In this document: piece by piece, positions 18,173 to 28,704 of the stretch | Position numbering within the stretch: position 1 is the stretch's first letter | How the letters are laid out: every line of letters begins with the position of its first letter | From: Candidatus Poribacteria bacterium | Lineage (GTDB): Bacteria > Poribacteria > WGA-4E > UBA9662 | Length of the DNA: 54,893 nt | Reading direction: 5' to 3' | Assembly: GCA_036339735.1 (NCBI GenBank) | Contig: JAYZAL010000042.1 | Span: forward strand, 1-54,893 | Translations under genes and position numbers: made by a program | Notes under the pieces: generated by a model | What the model saw: the letters and a program-made list of their open reading frames with translations, nothing else | Told to the model about the DNA's origin: nothing | The model's database searches: none

Positions 18173-19150
18173 TTGTCAACTATACGATGGGGCATTATAG
18201 GTTGTGGAGATGTTTGCGAGGTTAAAAGTGGTCCGGGTTTTCAAAAGGCGAGTTCTTCGGAATTAGTAATGGTAATGCGTCGAGACGGTAACAGAGCTAA
18301 AGACTTCGCCGAACGACATCAAATACCAAAATGGACTGATCAAGCCCAAGAGGTAGTCGACGATCCAGATGTAGATGCAGTCTATATTGCAACACCTCCT
18401 TCATCTCATTGTGAACTGGCACTGAAAGTTGCGGATAGCAATAAGCCATGCCTCGTAGAAAAGCCAATGGCAATCAATCATAAACAATGTATTCAGATGA
18501 CAAAATCGTTTCATACAAAGAATATACCACTTTTCGTTGCCTACTACCGACGAGAATTGCCACGCTTTTTGAAGGTTAAAGAACTACTACAAGCCGGAGT
18601 AATCGGCAAAATTACATCAGTCCATATTGTTCAATATGGACCTCTAGCAGTGGGAAAAGTTGCCCAAAATTGGCGTTACGATCCAGAAATCGCCGGAGCT
18701 GGAGTCTTCCTAGATTTGGCCTCACACGGGTTGGATATTTTAGATTTTATACTAGGTCCAATTAGTAAAATACAAGGGTTCTCAGTAAATACGGGTGGAA
18801 GATATAAGGCAGAAGATGTGACCGGCGCATCAATGGAATTCGAGTCAGGATGTATTGGAACTGGAATCTGGAATTTTCATGCTGATCATTCTGGGGACCA
18901 GATTATTTTTACAGGTGCTGAAGGCGAACTAAAAACTCCAGTATTTTCGGACACCGACATTATTTTAAAAAAAAATGGGCAAGAAAAATTCATTTCAGCC
19001 CCAAACCCACTACATGTACATCAGCCCTTGATTCAGACAATTGTCGATCAACTTTTGGGAAATGGGCGCTGCACTTCAACAGGTGACAGTGGAGCTAGAA
19101 CTTCATGGGCAATGGACCAGTGTTTAGTCACATACTACGGGAGTCGATGA
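18173..19150 (+). CDS. Gfo/Idh/MocA family NAD(P)-dependent oxidoreductase
   Basis: IRWGIIGCGDVCEVKSGPGF, VYIATPP, LVEKPMA, AYYRR, DLASHGLD. Start placed at TTG 18173 behind GAGGT (track start 18152). Confidence 0.92.
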   Translation: MSTIRWGIIGCGDVCEVKSGPGFQKASSSELVMVMRRDGNRAKDFAERHQIPKWTDQAQEVVDDPDVDAVYIATPPSSHCELALKVADSNKPCLVEKPMAINHKQCIQMTKSFHTKNIPLFVAYYRRELPRFLKVKELLQAGVIGKITSVHIVQYGPLAVGKVAQNWRYDPEIAGAGVFLDLASHGLDILDFILGPISKIQGFSVNTGGRYKAEDVTGASMEFESGCIGTGIWNFHADHSGDQIIFTGAEGELKTPVFSDTDIILKKNGQEKFISAPNPLHVHQPLIQTIVDQLLGNGRCTSTGDSGARTSWAMDQCLVTYYGSR

Positions 19151-19272
19151 GTATTCAAAACAAATGAACACATAGTTAACGCTTAATATACTTCAGTAAA
19201 ACAATATTTGAACTAGATCAAATATACTTTGAGATCCAAATGAGAACTTTGTCTACCTGCAATACTCGAAAA

Positions 19273-19929
19273 TCATAAGGTGTTAAATTCTAGATTTTCC
19301 AACATATTTTCGAAAGCTTCTCGACCTATATCTGCTTCCTCGCTTTTAGCCCTATAAAGAAGTCGGTAAACTCTTCTTGTATTACGACTCGAGCGAATGA
19401 AATAAGCAATGCCGCCTTTGATACCCGATGCACGATGGGTATAGTAGAACTTATATCCACTATACGAATCTTTAGTCCTGACTCCCTCTTTTTCATAATA
19501 TTCATTTTCTGGATAGCTTTGCATAAATCCATTACTAAAGTCTTCGGCTGATCTTTTATCAGTCTTCGTCTGAGTTTCCATACCTATTTCAAGATCGGCC
19601 AATATCCCGTTGGATTCATCAAGTCTACTTTGGTATTCTTTCTTTGGATAGCTGGCTAATAACAGCACAACAAACTGATTGGTGTTCGTATCTTTAGCAT
19701 AGTCTAGTGTTAATTCTGAAATAAGTGGGTGATTGTCCGCATAAATGGCCCAGTTATCGACTGGCAAATTGGAGATTTTAAAAACCAGATTTTTATTGCG
19801 ATATGTGTTACCAGCCAATCCATAGGGTGTATCATCCACTTCTTTGGTTTCTAGTATATCCTTGGTGACATTTTGCTGCCCACAACTAAACAAAAAAACT
19901 GATACCAACACCCAATAAATTCTTTTCAT
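19273..19929 (-). CDS. Hypothetical lipoprotein
   Basis: MKRIYWVLVSVFLFSC lipobox-type N-terminus; start at ATG 19929 behind GGAG; mature part not recognised (possibly PsbP-like by eye). Confidence 0.7.
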   Translation of the reverse strand: MKRIYWVLVSVFLFSCGQQNVTKDILETKEVDDTPYGLAGNTYRNKNLVFKISNLPVDNWAIYADNHPLISELTLDYAKDTNTNQFVVLLLASYPKKEYQSRLDESNGILADLEIGMETQTKTDKRSAEDFSNGFMQSYPENEYYEKEGVRTKDSYSGYKFYYTHRASGIKGGIAYFIRSSRNTRRVYRLLYRAKSEEADIGREAFENMLENLEFNTL

Positions 19930-20245
19930 GATAAGCTCCAAGAATTTCTTATAGACAAAAATAGATTGTCGAACTAACTACCAACGATTAATATACAGAA
20001 TACGAACACACCAAATTTACGAAGTTGCTGGAGCTAGTTTTCAAATCCAGACTAACTCCGTTGGGGTAATCCTTTTTCTATCATACATTTTTCTTAATTG
20101 ACAGATCAATCAAAAGGAATTTTTTTTACAGTACCGAGTCTAATTAAGCGACCTATTAAAGGCTAGCTCAATAAATCAGAATGTTTACCAGGCAATGGAA
20201 TTACATTTTGTAATTGGTTACAGGTTTATAAGGATAAAATAATAA

Positions 20246-21466
20246 ATGAAACAGAAGTTAAGTTTACAATCAGAATTTGGGGACCGATCAAAACTGAAAT
20301 TCGTGACTGATGATATTTTTGCAATTTGGTGGGAGGAAAAATTCGATCACCACTCGGATACCGAAATAATTTTCAAACATCTCAAAGCCGTACGCCAAGA
20401 TTGTCTTCATAATCTTGGTATGGAGGACCCTCCGAATCCCAAAGCTGGATTTTTCTACAATGTTTATATTCACCATGGCGAAGAGGATGATTTCCCTTCT
20501 GAGTGGGGAAACGGTCAAGGAACAGATAAATATAGATTACCTTTCTTAACCTTACCTGTCGGTGTACACACTTCCGAGTCAAACCTTTACCATGAAGGAT
20601 TTCATATTTTCCAGTATCAAGCAAACTCGCCAGGATTCGCTTACCAAGGCGATTCGCAGTGGTATATCGAGGCTTCGGCCCAGTGGTATATGTGCCAAAA
20701 TAAACCTGAGGGAATTAATACTTTTGTCGAAGCTGGTGCTATCCTCGCCAATCCACATTTGTCATTATGGCATAGTTTCAGCAATCAAGCTGAAAATGAT
20801 CCTACTGACTGGCTTTATCAAGTTCGACAATACGGGATGCATACCTATCTTCACTATTTAACCCAAGTAAAAAATGTTTCACCTGATTTGATCACTAAAG
20901 GTTTCTATCAGGGAATAGATATTAGCCCTCAAGAATACCACTATAGAGAGATAGGAGCAGATTGTCTCCGTAAATATTTTGCCGATTGGGCAGCACAAAA
21001 TACGGTTGGGCTGGATTACCTAAGTAAGGAACAAATCGACAGAGCAGAATTAGAGATCCAGAACGTTGCAGACTCTACAAATTTGCACCCATACGTATGT
21101 TCATTCGATAATCCAGATCAAATAAAAAACTGGATTTCTCCACCGGAATCTATGAAACCGAGAGGTTGGTCTTATAATGTTATTCGATTTAAAAATTGCC
21201 CTGTTGGTAACTATAAGATTGAAATAAAAGGGGATTTACTTGGGAGCGAGGGAGCTAATTCTCACTTTGAAGGAAGGATCGTTATCAATTCTAAAACTCA
21301 GAAAGAATATAAAGGTATTGAGATGATCGATTCAATATCAGGCTACACTACTGTCGGAACAATTGATCAAGACAGCGATTTGTTTTTAGTAGTAGCTTCA
21401 GTCCCAGAGCACTTTGGCGGAACACAAAGTTATGGCTATAAGGCAAAAATTGAAGTTGGTTCGTGA
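20246..21466 (+). CDS. Putative zinc metallopeptidase (HExxH; DUF6055-like)
   Basis: LYHEGFHIFQY followed by WYIEASAQW (third-ligand Glu); GFFYNVYIHH and PRGWSYNV motifs; AAGGA RBS. Confidence 0.75.
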   Translation: MKQKLSLQSEFGDRSKLKFVTDDIFAIWWEEKFDHHSDTEIIFKHLKAVRQDCLHNLGMEDPPNPKAGFFYNVYIHHGEEDDFPSEWGNGQGTDKYRLPFLTLPVGVHTSESNLYHEGFHIFQYQANSPGFAYQGDSQWYIEASAQWYMCQNKPEGINTFVEAGAILANPHLSLWHSFSNQAENDPTDWLYQVRQYGMHTYLHYLTQVKNVSPDLITKGFYQGIDISPQEYHYREIGADCLRKYFADWAAQNTVGLDYLSKEQIDRAELEIQNVADSTNLHPYVCSFDNPDQIKNWISPPESMKPRGWSYNVIRFKNCPVGNYKIEIKGDLLGSEGANSHFEGRIVINSKTQKEYKGIEMIDSISGYTTVGTIDQDSDLFLVVASVPEHFGGTQSYGYKAKIEVGS

Positions 21467-21612
21467 TTCAGGTAATAGAAATAATTCAATTAATTAGACT
21501 TGGGTTTTGTTTCCTTAATTTTACTAGGGAGATTAAATTATTTTGTTGGAATGAATAGAGCAATTGGGACTAAAATTTGAAAAAATCCGATTGGATTGGT
21601 ACTACCTGATAC

Positions 21613-22455
21613 TTACTGACAGGGGCCACCACTTCTATCAACCAGTATATTACTGACTTTATTTCCATCCATATCAAGGATGGGATGATAAAATTTGGCT
21701 AACCTTTCTGTCATACTATCTACATAATGTCCGATGAAAGTCCGCCGACTACGTGTCAAAGATTTATTAGGGGAGGAACCATGGATTAACTGGCCATTAA
21801 AAAACAAGGTTTGACCCCGTTGCATATAAATCGGAACAATTTCTGATCTTTCAACCATTTCGGCGATGGCGTTTGTTTCTCCTTCTCTTGGTGGGCACAA
21901 AATTTTTGTATTGTGTGAGCCTCGCACTACCTTAAGACATCCGTTCTCTTCATCAGTATCATCAATAGGTGTCCAAGCCGCAATGCATGTAGCTGGTGTC
22001 GATAACAAATAAAAATTATCTTGATGCATTCCTTGCCCAACAGACTGAGGTGGTTTGTAGTAATACATCGTCTGGGCTCCAAGTGCGGGGCAACCTAGTA
22101 AATTCATTAGTATGAATCCTATTTTCGGATGCAAATACCATTTTTTCACTTTCTGGCTAAAGCGATGTGGATGCATAGCTCGCAAGAGTTCCTTTGAAGG
22201 GTCAATCTCACTAAAATTGAACGTATAATTCTCTTCCCACCCTTCATCTGTACTTATAGCATTACCAAAAGCATTGTGATCATGGTTCTTAAAATCTTCA
22301 AAGAATGTCTCCATTTCATCCAACTCAGCTCCTGAGTAGACGTTATCAACAACACAATATCCTTCCTGATCATATTGTTCCTTGATTCGTTCTAAAACTG
22401 TACTATCAACATCCGCTTTTGGAAACAAGTGGCTCGTAATATTTTTACTTTCCAT
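21613..22455 (-). CDS. PhyH family Fe(II)/2OG dioxygenase
   Basis: QTMYYYKPP, MHQDNFY, WTPIDDTDEENGCLKVVRGSH, LIHGSSPN, RRTFIGHY. Confidence 0.93.
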   Translation of the reverse strand: MESKNITSHLFPKADVDSTVLERIKEQYDQEGYCVVDNVYSGAELDEMETFFEDFKNHDHNAFGNAISTDEGWEENYTFNFSEIDPSKELLRAMHPHRFSQKVKKWYLHPKIGFILMNLLGCPALGAQTMYYYKPPQSVGQGMHQDNFYLLSTPATCIAAWTPIDDTDEENGCLKVVRGSHNTKILCPPREGETNAIAEMVERSEIVPIYMQRGQTLFFNGQLIHGSSPNKSLTRSRRTFIGHYVDSMTERLAKFYHPILDMDGNKVSNILVDRSGGPCQ

Positions 22456-22968
22456 AATCTTTGCTCGATATTCACCGATTATTCAATCTTTTTTCTAAAT
22501 TTAATTGAGATTTTCCATATCCAACAAATAAATTTCTTGAAGTGATTTTTTTCATTGGTTTTCAAAATAGATCAAGTTGTTAAAACTAGTCCATTTTGTT
22601 TAGGTTTCGAGTAATTAACAGCCCAATATTGTCATGATCTTAATATTATTCCTACAATCTATCAAGTCAAAATTGTTATCTTTTCCACTGAGCACGAACA
22701 TTATTCTACAATATTATCTGTTCAAATTTCATTTTGGTGGTAGAAGATTTTGAAAAAACTTCAGGAGGACAAGAAAGAAAATAATCTCAAGAATGGATTT
22801 TAATTTGATTCAACTTGTATTAGCTAGTTATTTAGTGGAAACTTTTTCAATTCTGGCTTACGTCTTGAAGCTAAAAATTATTATTTCCTAAACAATTGGC
22901 ATAAAAAATCAGATTATAATGCAAAAAAAATGAGCGACAATAGCGGCATTTGCATCTTCTTTCTACTG

Positions 22969-23003
22969 AAATAGCTGAGCGTTTTTCCGCTCAGCTATTT
23001 TTT
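22969..23003. terminator. Rho-independent terminator-like hairpin, possibly bidirectional
   Basis: Perfect 13-bp stem AAATAGCTGAGCG (22969-22981) / CGCTCAGCTATTT (22988-23000), 6-nt loop, T-run on the + strand; lies about 330 bp downstream of the Bat operon. Confidence 0.75.
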
Positions 23004-23336
23004 ATGCCACTGAAACTAGTTTCTCCAATTCATTAGACTTCTACTGTAATTCTTGTTGGCCGAATGTATCTCGCTTATTCAATCTACCATCTGCCGTTTA
23101 TTTTTCTAATTGGACAATACACAAGGAATAAGAAATAGCAGGTATGGTTACAACGGAAGGTGATCAGTAAAATGAACATCAAACGATCAAATAGACATAA
23201 GAAGTCTAGATAGCCAGTCTGTACTTACTGAGCAGCTCGCAAGATATCATTTGGGGTAATAAGATTTCCCCAAATAACGTTTCAAGAGACATCAGACCAG
23301 AAGATGACAAGGCTGCTATTCCATTGACACTTTCAT

Positions 23337-24167
23337 CTACGATTTTGACAGAAAAGTCAAACTTCGAATACTCAACCAAGCTTCTCTTCGATTAGAAAGT
23401 ATAACCCGAGCCCAATCGCCTCGTTCTTCTAGAACGACGACTTCGACACCGGCTGGTAGTGGTTGAGAAAAGCTTTGTGGAGAATTAATCGAATCGGAGA
23501 CTCTAGCAATAGTGTCATTGACCGTAACTACGGCCTCCTTTCCATCACTAGAATTGATTTCGATGACATAAGATGTGATAAGTACTATCCAAATAAAAAG
23601 AGGTAAAAACGACAGGTTTCTGACCGCTCCTATCCGCCAATATATTGAGATAGAAAAACCAATAGATGAGACAAAAAAGAATATGGCTGCCAATCCTGTG
23701 CGCTCACTAGTTGATATTGATTTGTTCCACGTAAAGAAGCTATCCAAGATGTTTTCATCAGTGGGTTTAGGTACCCAGTTGGGAAGGAGTTTTCTTGCTT
23801 GCTTCAGGTTCTTTAGGGCTTTAGGGTAGTCTGGGTCTAATAGCAATGCACGCCGGAAAGACAGGACTGCATCACCTAAATTTTCGGCCTGCAAGGCCGA
23901 CGTTCCTATGTTGGTGTATAAGGCAGGAGTATTAACTCCTTTATCCGATACATAGCTGAAAAGACGTTGAGCTTGTCTGAACTTTTCCATGCGCTCTTCT
24001 CGATCGGTTGAAGATTGAGCTTCAGCATAAATTTCTATTGCCTGTTGAACTTTTTCTTGTAGTGGCTCAGCCACGATAGATGTCAAATTAACTGAGAAAA
24101 AACATAATGTAACTAACAGAAAATGTTGATTCATTCGTTTTTTGATTTGGGGAAGATTATTGGTCAT
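23337..24167 (-). CDS. batE: BatE-like protein (TPR, two TM helices, C-terminal SH3-like domain)
   Basis: LYTNIGTSALQAENLGDAVLSFRRALLLDP TPR; TM pair; LPAGVEVVVLEERGDWARV...REAWL SH3b-like; last gene of the MoxR operon. Confidence 0.8.
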   Translation of the reverse strand: MTNNLPQIKKRMNQHFLLVTLCFFSVNLTSIVAEPLQEKVQQAIEIYAEAQSSTDREERMEKFRQAQRLFSYVSDKGVNTPALYTNIGTSALQAENLGDAVLSFRRALLLDPDYPKALKNLKQARKLLPNWVPKPTDENILDSFFTWNKSISTSERTGLAAIFFFVSSIGFSISIYWRIGAVRNLSFLPLFIWIVLITSYVIEINSSDGKEAVVTVNDTIARVSDSINSPQSFSQPLPAGVEVVVLEERGDWARVILSNRREAWLSIRSLTFLSKS

Positions 24168-24227
24168 AATTAAGATCTTCGTTCAGTCTGAGGAAAATGA
24201 AGAACTATTGAAAATCTAGACACCATC

Positions 24228-26027
24228 TCAGTTGGGGCGATCAAGTATTTCGTCCACGATGGTTAGGCCACGATTGCGAAGCTCCACATCTAATTTGTTA
24301 GATATATTTTTTTCGCGAGCATATTGAAGAGTGTCACAATCAGCTAATAGTGATTCGAATTCCTTTCTAGAAATGATTTCAGTAACTGAAGCAACCCTTC
24401 TTAGTGCGTTACTTAATTCTTCTACACTATTTGCCTTATTGATTACTTCGCGTTGCAATTTCAGCTCATTCAACTTAGCCGTGATCTGGGGGTCGATTTC
24501 TGACTGACGTCTCATTAAGGTAACAGCAAATACTAAAATCATTGCTAGGCCATAGCTAAATGTTTGCTGCCACCAACTGCCTAGAATACCACTGGATGAT
24601 TTCGTCAGTAATTTGAGATCTCGATTAATGGATAAGTCAGCATCAATTAAAGAAAATTTCCTATTTGTTTGAGTGGATACCGCCGGTTCTTCTTGATTTG
24701 ATAGCTCTGGCGATGTTTGAGAATCCTTACTAGAACGAACTACATCCTGGGCGGAAATCATTTGTGCACCTTTTACGGAAAGAGCAATAGGTAGAGACTG
24801 AGTCGTTTGAAAAGATTTAAGGTCTGGATCAAACCAGGAGTAGGAAATCGGTGGTATTTCACTAACCTTATCACTTAGTACTCGGATAACTATTTCAAAC
24901 TGTTTTTCCCCATCGATATATTTTCCTGCAATTTTACCCGATGGTAATCGAAAGTCGGTATCCGGCAAATCACCTGTCATAACAGGAAGGGATGCGTTAG
25001 CAACCTCGGCGTCTCCTTTCAGTTTTAGAGTCAATTTAATAGGATCACCTGCCTGTACTACAGAACGATCAGCACTAACTTCGAGTACGAATCCTTTGCC
25101 CACAGCACCGGCAAAACTGGGCGGTCGATTTTGTGTAGGCAAAGAAAGAACCCTAAATTTTACTGGTTGACTGCTGGTACGTAATTTACGAGACTGTGTC
25201 ACTGAACGTCTACCAAACAGGTCACTTTGCCATCGTAACCCTTCATCCACGTTTACTGTAGCTGATGGGATATCAAATGTGCCTGCCTTTAGTGGTACCA
25301 TTATTCTCTCAACTTTCCATACTAAGTATGATTTTCCATCCAATTGATTGGAGCTGACAGTAGCCGGAAATTCTTTTTGACCTGATTTAAGCGTGACAGA
25401 AAATTTATTGTCGCTATCTTTCTCTTGGTCGTAAAATTGAAAATCATCTTGTTGATCGAAGAGCGGAACATTTGCTTGTTGACTTATCAGATTTTCGACT
25501 CCATCAGCTTCTACCCACCATTCTAAACGAATTGGAATGCGTTGACCTATATAAATATTGCTATCAGGAATAATTAACTTCAGCTTTTGATTAGTCGCTG
25601 CAGGAACGTTTGTTACTTCTATGCTAACGGCAGCAATTTTCTTCTCAGCATTACCTTGGGTCAATCGGATTGGACCTACTTGGTAACGGCCTACCTTTGA
25701 AGCTAAAAAATTTAAACGGTAGTTATAGACAACACTTCGACTTTGCGTCATGCGTCCATTAATAATCTGGATGCTAGAACTGACACTGGGACTGACTCCT
25801 ACCAGATTCAGAGAAGCACCTTCTGGCTGATTAAATTGGATTTCAGGTTGTGGGGATTCCTTAAAGCCTTCAGCTATGACCTGCAACTCGAGAGGAACAC
25901 CTGCGTAGTACGGTGGGCGTTGAGCCGTTTGCAATTTCGCTGACTGTGCCCAGCTAGTCGAAAGTCCATCTACCAAGAACAAAGCAGCCCACAGAGAAGC
26001 CAAAAAAGTTATATATTTTAATCTCAA
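24228..26027 (-). CDS. batD: BatD family protein
   Basis: SSSIQIINGRMTQS, PLKAGTFDIPSATV, RPPSFAGAVG, GDPIKLTLKLKG, IPPISYSWFDP, C-terminal TM. Start placed at TTG 26027 behind AAGGGA to remove the overlap of the track start (26141). Confidence 0.88.
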   Translation of the reverse strand: MRLKYITFLASLWAALFLVDGLSTSWAQSAKLQTAQRPPYYAGVPLELQVIAEGFKESPQPEIQFNQPEGASLNLVGVSPSVSSSIQIINGRMTQSRSVVYNYRLNFLASKVGRYQVGPIRLTQGNAEKKIAAVSIEVTNVPAATNQKLKLIIPDSNIYIGQRIPIRLEWWVEADGVENLISQQANVPLFDQQDDFQFYDQEKDSDNKFSVTLKSGQKEFPATVSSNQLDGKSYLVWKVERIMVPLKAGTFDIPSATVNVDEGLRWQSDLFGRRSVTQSRKLRTSSQPVKFRVLSLPTQNRPPSFAGAVGKGFVLEVSADRSVVQAGDPIKLTLKLKGDAEVANASLPVMTGDLPDTDFRLPSGKIAGKYIDGEKQFEIVIRVLSDKVSEIPPISYSWFDPDLKSFQTTQSLPIALSVKGAQMISAQDVVRSSKDSQTSPELSNQEEPAVSTQTNRKFSLIDADLSINRDLKLLTKSSSGILGSWWQQTFSYGLAMILVFAVTLMRRQSEIDPQITAKLNELKLQREVINKANSVEELSNALRRVASVTEIISRKEFESLLADCDTLQYAREKNISNKLDVELRNRGLTIVDEILDRPN

Positions 26028-26055
26028 TCTAATTTTCCCTTTAATCAGGTATTTT

Positions 26056-28680
26056 TCACCAATCTTTCTCCACAGGCCTATATCCCGAATTCTTCCTCTG
26101 TCTCTCCTGTTGATTCTGACGACGTTGTGCCTCACGATCACGTACCCCTTGAAGCATTTGGCTCATATCGCCTTTTGTCATTTTTTCAGATTGACCTTGT
26201 TGACCTTGTTGACCTTGTTGACCTTGTTGACCTTGTTGACCTTGTTGATCTTGTTGACCTTGTTGATCTTGTTGACCTTGTTGACCTTGTTGATCTTGTT
26301 GATCTTGTTGATCTTGTTGATCTTGTTGCTGGTCTTGTTGTGGTGGCTGTAGTATATTCAGGGCCCGGATCAGGTCCTCTGATGCAGATTTTTGTTGAGG
26401 GCCAATTTCTTCTAGTGAAATTTTCTCGTCCGTCATCATCGATGCTGCACCATACATTTTCACGGTAGCTTCGCCTACTAGTTGCCCTGCCTGGGCATAC
26501 TTCTCACTCATCTGACTTGAGGATCCATTGGTTCCATTTTGCTTCGCCTCTTGTTGTACGATTTGTTGAGATTCCTTAGCTAAGGCTTCAGCAATGGTAC
26601 CAGATATATTCGATAAATTTACTTGTCTAGATGACAATGGATTCATTCGTGAAGCAGTTTCATCCTTAGTTTCTGTCTTAGCCAAAGCAATTGCATCCTG
26701 CGTTTCATCACCCAGTTCTACTTGTTTCTGAGCTGTTTCTCGGAGGTGCTCAACTAAAGAAAAAAATAAACGACGTAATTGTTCTACGGTTTTAACGGAA
26801 TCCTTGACAGAAGATCTAAGTGGTTTGAGGATAGAATTCGAAAGATCACTTTTTCCTGATTTGGCGATAAGGCCCGTTAGAATTTTTTGATTATACTCGA
26901 ATTCAGTGAATGCCTTTTTCCTCAATTTTTCTGCTTCTTTTAACCGTTCTGATTGCGCAGTAAGCTGCTCTTTGAGTTGATTCTGTTGAGGTAAAATGGT
27001 TTGCGGTTGATTTGGGGTTGAAGTTTGCAAGTTTTGTTGAGTTTCTAGTTGCTGCTTCATATTCTCCTGTTCGGTTACAGCTAAGTCTATTAATTTTTTC
27101 AGACGTTTAGTTCGACCCAAATTTTTCTGCTGAAATTCTTCGATCAAGGGTAAGTATTCGGATACTACTGCTAACGACGCTTTTTCAGTTGGTAGATTAT
27201 TGCTCGTATTTTTACCACCAACACCAGTTAAAGATGACGGAGCCAACATTTGACTCGAAGATGGGTCCAGATAGTACTGAATGCGTAATTGGTCCTGATA
27301 GACTACTTCAACTAGTTGACGAAGATCTAGAAAAATTTCGCGGGCAGAAACTAAGGCTTTTATTCCTTCATTTTGCAACACAAATGATTCATCGAATCGT
27401 GACTGTTCAAGTTGATTCTTAGTCTGATCGAATTTTTCACTTGATTTTTTTAGCCATGGCAGAGCTAAGCGTAAATTTTCAATTAGCTGTTTTTGTTTAG
27501 GGTCTTCCACTGATTCACCTGAAAGACCAGCGTTTAAACCATTATGCAATTCTTGCACACGCTCACTCAAGCTTGTCTGACTTTCTACTAAGTATTCTTG
27601 TGTTAACCATTCGGGGAATTTTTTTTCATTTTGTATGGCTAACTTACCCATTTGGTTGTCAGCTTTGATTGCTATATGCCGAATAGATTCGGCACTGTCA
27701 TTCAGCAAGGCATCAATCCGAGACACTGGGTCCAGCAATTGGTCTCGACTTCGCTTAAGCTCTGCCAAGGCGATGGCTGAACGACGATAAGCACGCTCAA
27801 TTTGTGAAGTCCGTAACCGACGCCGAGCTTGACCCATCCGTTCTTGGGATCGATGAAGGTAATGTAAAAATCCTTCTATTTGAGCAACCCTCATCTGATC
27901 TTCCGGGGTTTGTTCACTTTCCAATTTTCCTCGAAGTGTATCACCTTCACGAGCAGCTACTTCTGTCAGTTGTTGACTTTCCGATAAAATATCTAACTGC
28001 TGTACGGCTAACGATCTAAGTTGAGTTCGCAACTGTTCACTGGTGTAAGCTTCGACTTTTTCTATGTCAACTTCTTTCCTGAGAATATCCAAAAATTCTC
28101 TTTGTGTGCTGATATTTTGGTTTATTCTGGACAATAGGTCTCCAGCTGTTTTTTTTTGCAAAGAATCCGCTAGAACCATTGCTCTTTGTAACACTACTTC
28201 CAAGTTATGACGTGCATCGATATCATCTCGCAGAGCAATCGATTCCCTGAACCAATCTGCCGCCCTATATAAAGATTCAAGAGCTTTATCTGGTTCTTTT
28301 TCTAGCATTTCATCCGCGGTTTTTACATCTACCCATCCTAGATTGTAAGTAGCGTTAAATCTAACTACGCCATCAGTTCCAGCCATCCTTCTAGCCTCTT
28401 GAAATAGTCTACTAGATTGCTCCCACAACTTATTATTAAATTTCTCCAAAGCCTCGTTGTATAACGCCCTAGCATCTTTATCCGATTCTTCATCATTTTT
28501 ATTTTTTACTGTGTCATCCTGCTCATTTTCTACCTCAAGTATTTCATCGGCTTCATCAGAAAAGATCACAACGGGCTTTTTTTCTTCTTGCTGTGCAAAC
28601 GAAGAACTCGAAAAAAGAAAAGGCAAAACCGTAATTACAAAACTCGTTAAATTAACAAGAACTAGTATTTTATGAATCAT
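26056..28680 (-). CDS. Large BatC-like protein: signal peptide, TPR, long helical/coiled-coil region, Gln-rich repeat, terminal KDW
   Basis: ATYNLGW and DARHNLEVV are BatB/BatC-type TPR motifs; QQD/QQG repeat; ends RPVEKDW like BatC; sits between the vWA gene and batD. Confidence 0.8.
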   Translation of the reverse strand: MIHKILVLVNLTSFVITVLPFLFSSSSFAQQEEKKPVVIFSDEADEILEVENEQDDTVKNKNDEESDKDARALYNEALEKFNNKLWEQSSRLFQEARRMAGTDGVVRFNATYNLGWVDVKTADEMLEKEPDKALESLYRAADWFRESIALRDDIDARHNLEVVLQRAMVLADSLQKKTAGDLLSRINQNISTQREFLDILRKEVDIEKVEAYTSEQLRTQLRSLAVQQLDILSESQQLTEVAAREGDTLRGKLESEQTPEDQMRVAQIEGFLHYLHRSQERMGQARRRLRTSQIERAYRRSAIALAELKRSRDQLLDPVSRIDALLNDSAESIRHIAIKADNQMGKLAIQNEKKFPEWLTQEYLVESQTSLSERVQELHNGLNAGLSGESVEDPKQKQLIENLRLALPWLKKSSEKFDQTKNQLEQSRFDESFVLQNEGIKALVSAREIFLDLRQLVEVVYQDQLRIQYYLDPSSSQMLAPSSLTGVGGKNTSNNLPTEKASLAVVSEYLPLIEEFQQKNLGRTKRLKKLIDLAVTEQENMKQQLETQQNLQTSTPNQPQTILPQQNQLKEQLTAQSERLKEAEKLRKKAFTEFEYNQKILTGLIAKSGKSDLSNSILKPLRSSVKDSVKTVEQLRRLFFSLVEHLRETAQKQVELGDETQDAIALAKTETKDETASRMNPLSSRQVNLSNISGTIAEALAKESQQIVQQEAKQNGTNGSSSQMSEKYAQAGQLVGEATVKMYGAASMMTDEKISLEEIGPQQKSASEDLIRALNILQPPQQDQQQDQQDQQDQQDQQGQQGQQDQQGQQDQQGQQGQQGQQGQQGQQGQSEKMTKGDMSQMLQGVRDREAQRRQNQQERQRKNSGYRPVEKDW
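26191..26340. repeat. 9-bp tandem repeat TTGA(C/T)CTTG, about 15 copies plus a degenerate one, encoding (QQG/QQD)n on the minus strand
   Basis: Read directly; units differ at one position (GGT vs GAT codon). Confidence 0.97.
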
Positions 28681-28704
28681 TATGAATTAGAAAACACCCT
28701 AATA

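Noticed and set aside
26191-26340. CRISPR array
   Set aside because: Contiguous 9-bp units with no spacers, inside a coding frame; no cas genes in the window.
26110-26468. Plus-strand ORFs with LLT/LVD repeats (26110-26352, 26127-26468)
   Set aside because: Antisense shadows of the stop-free minisatellite in the BatC-like gene.
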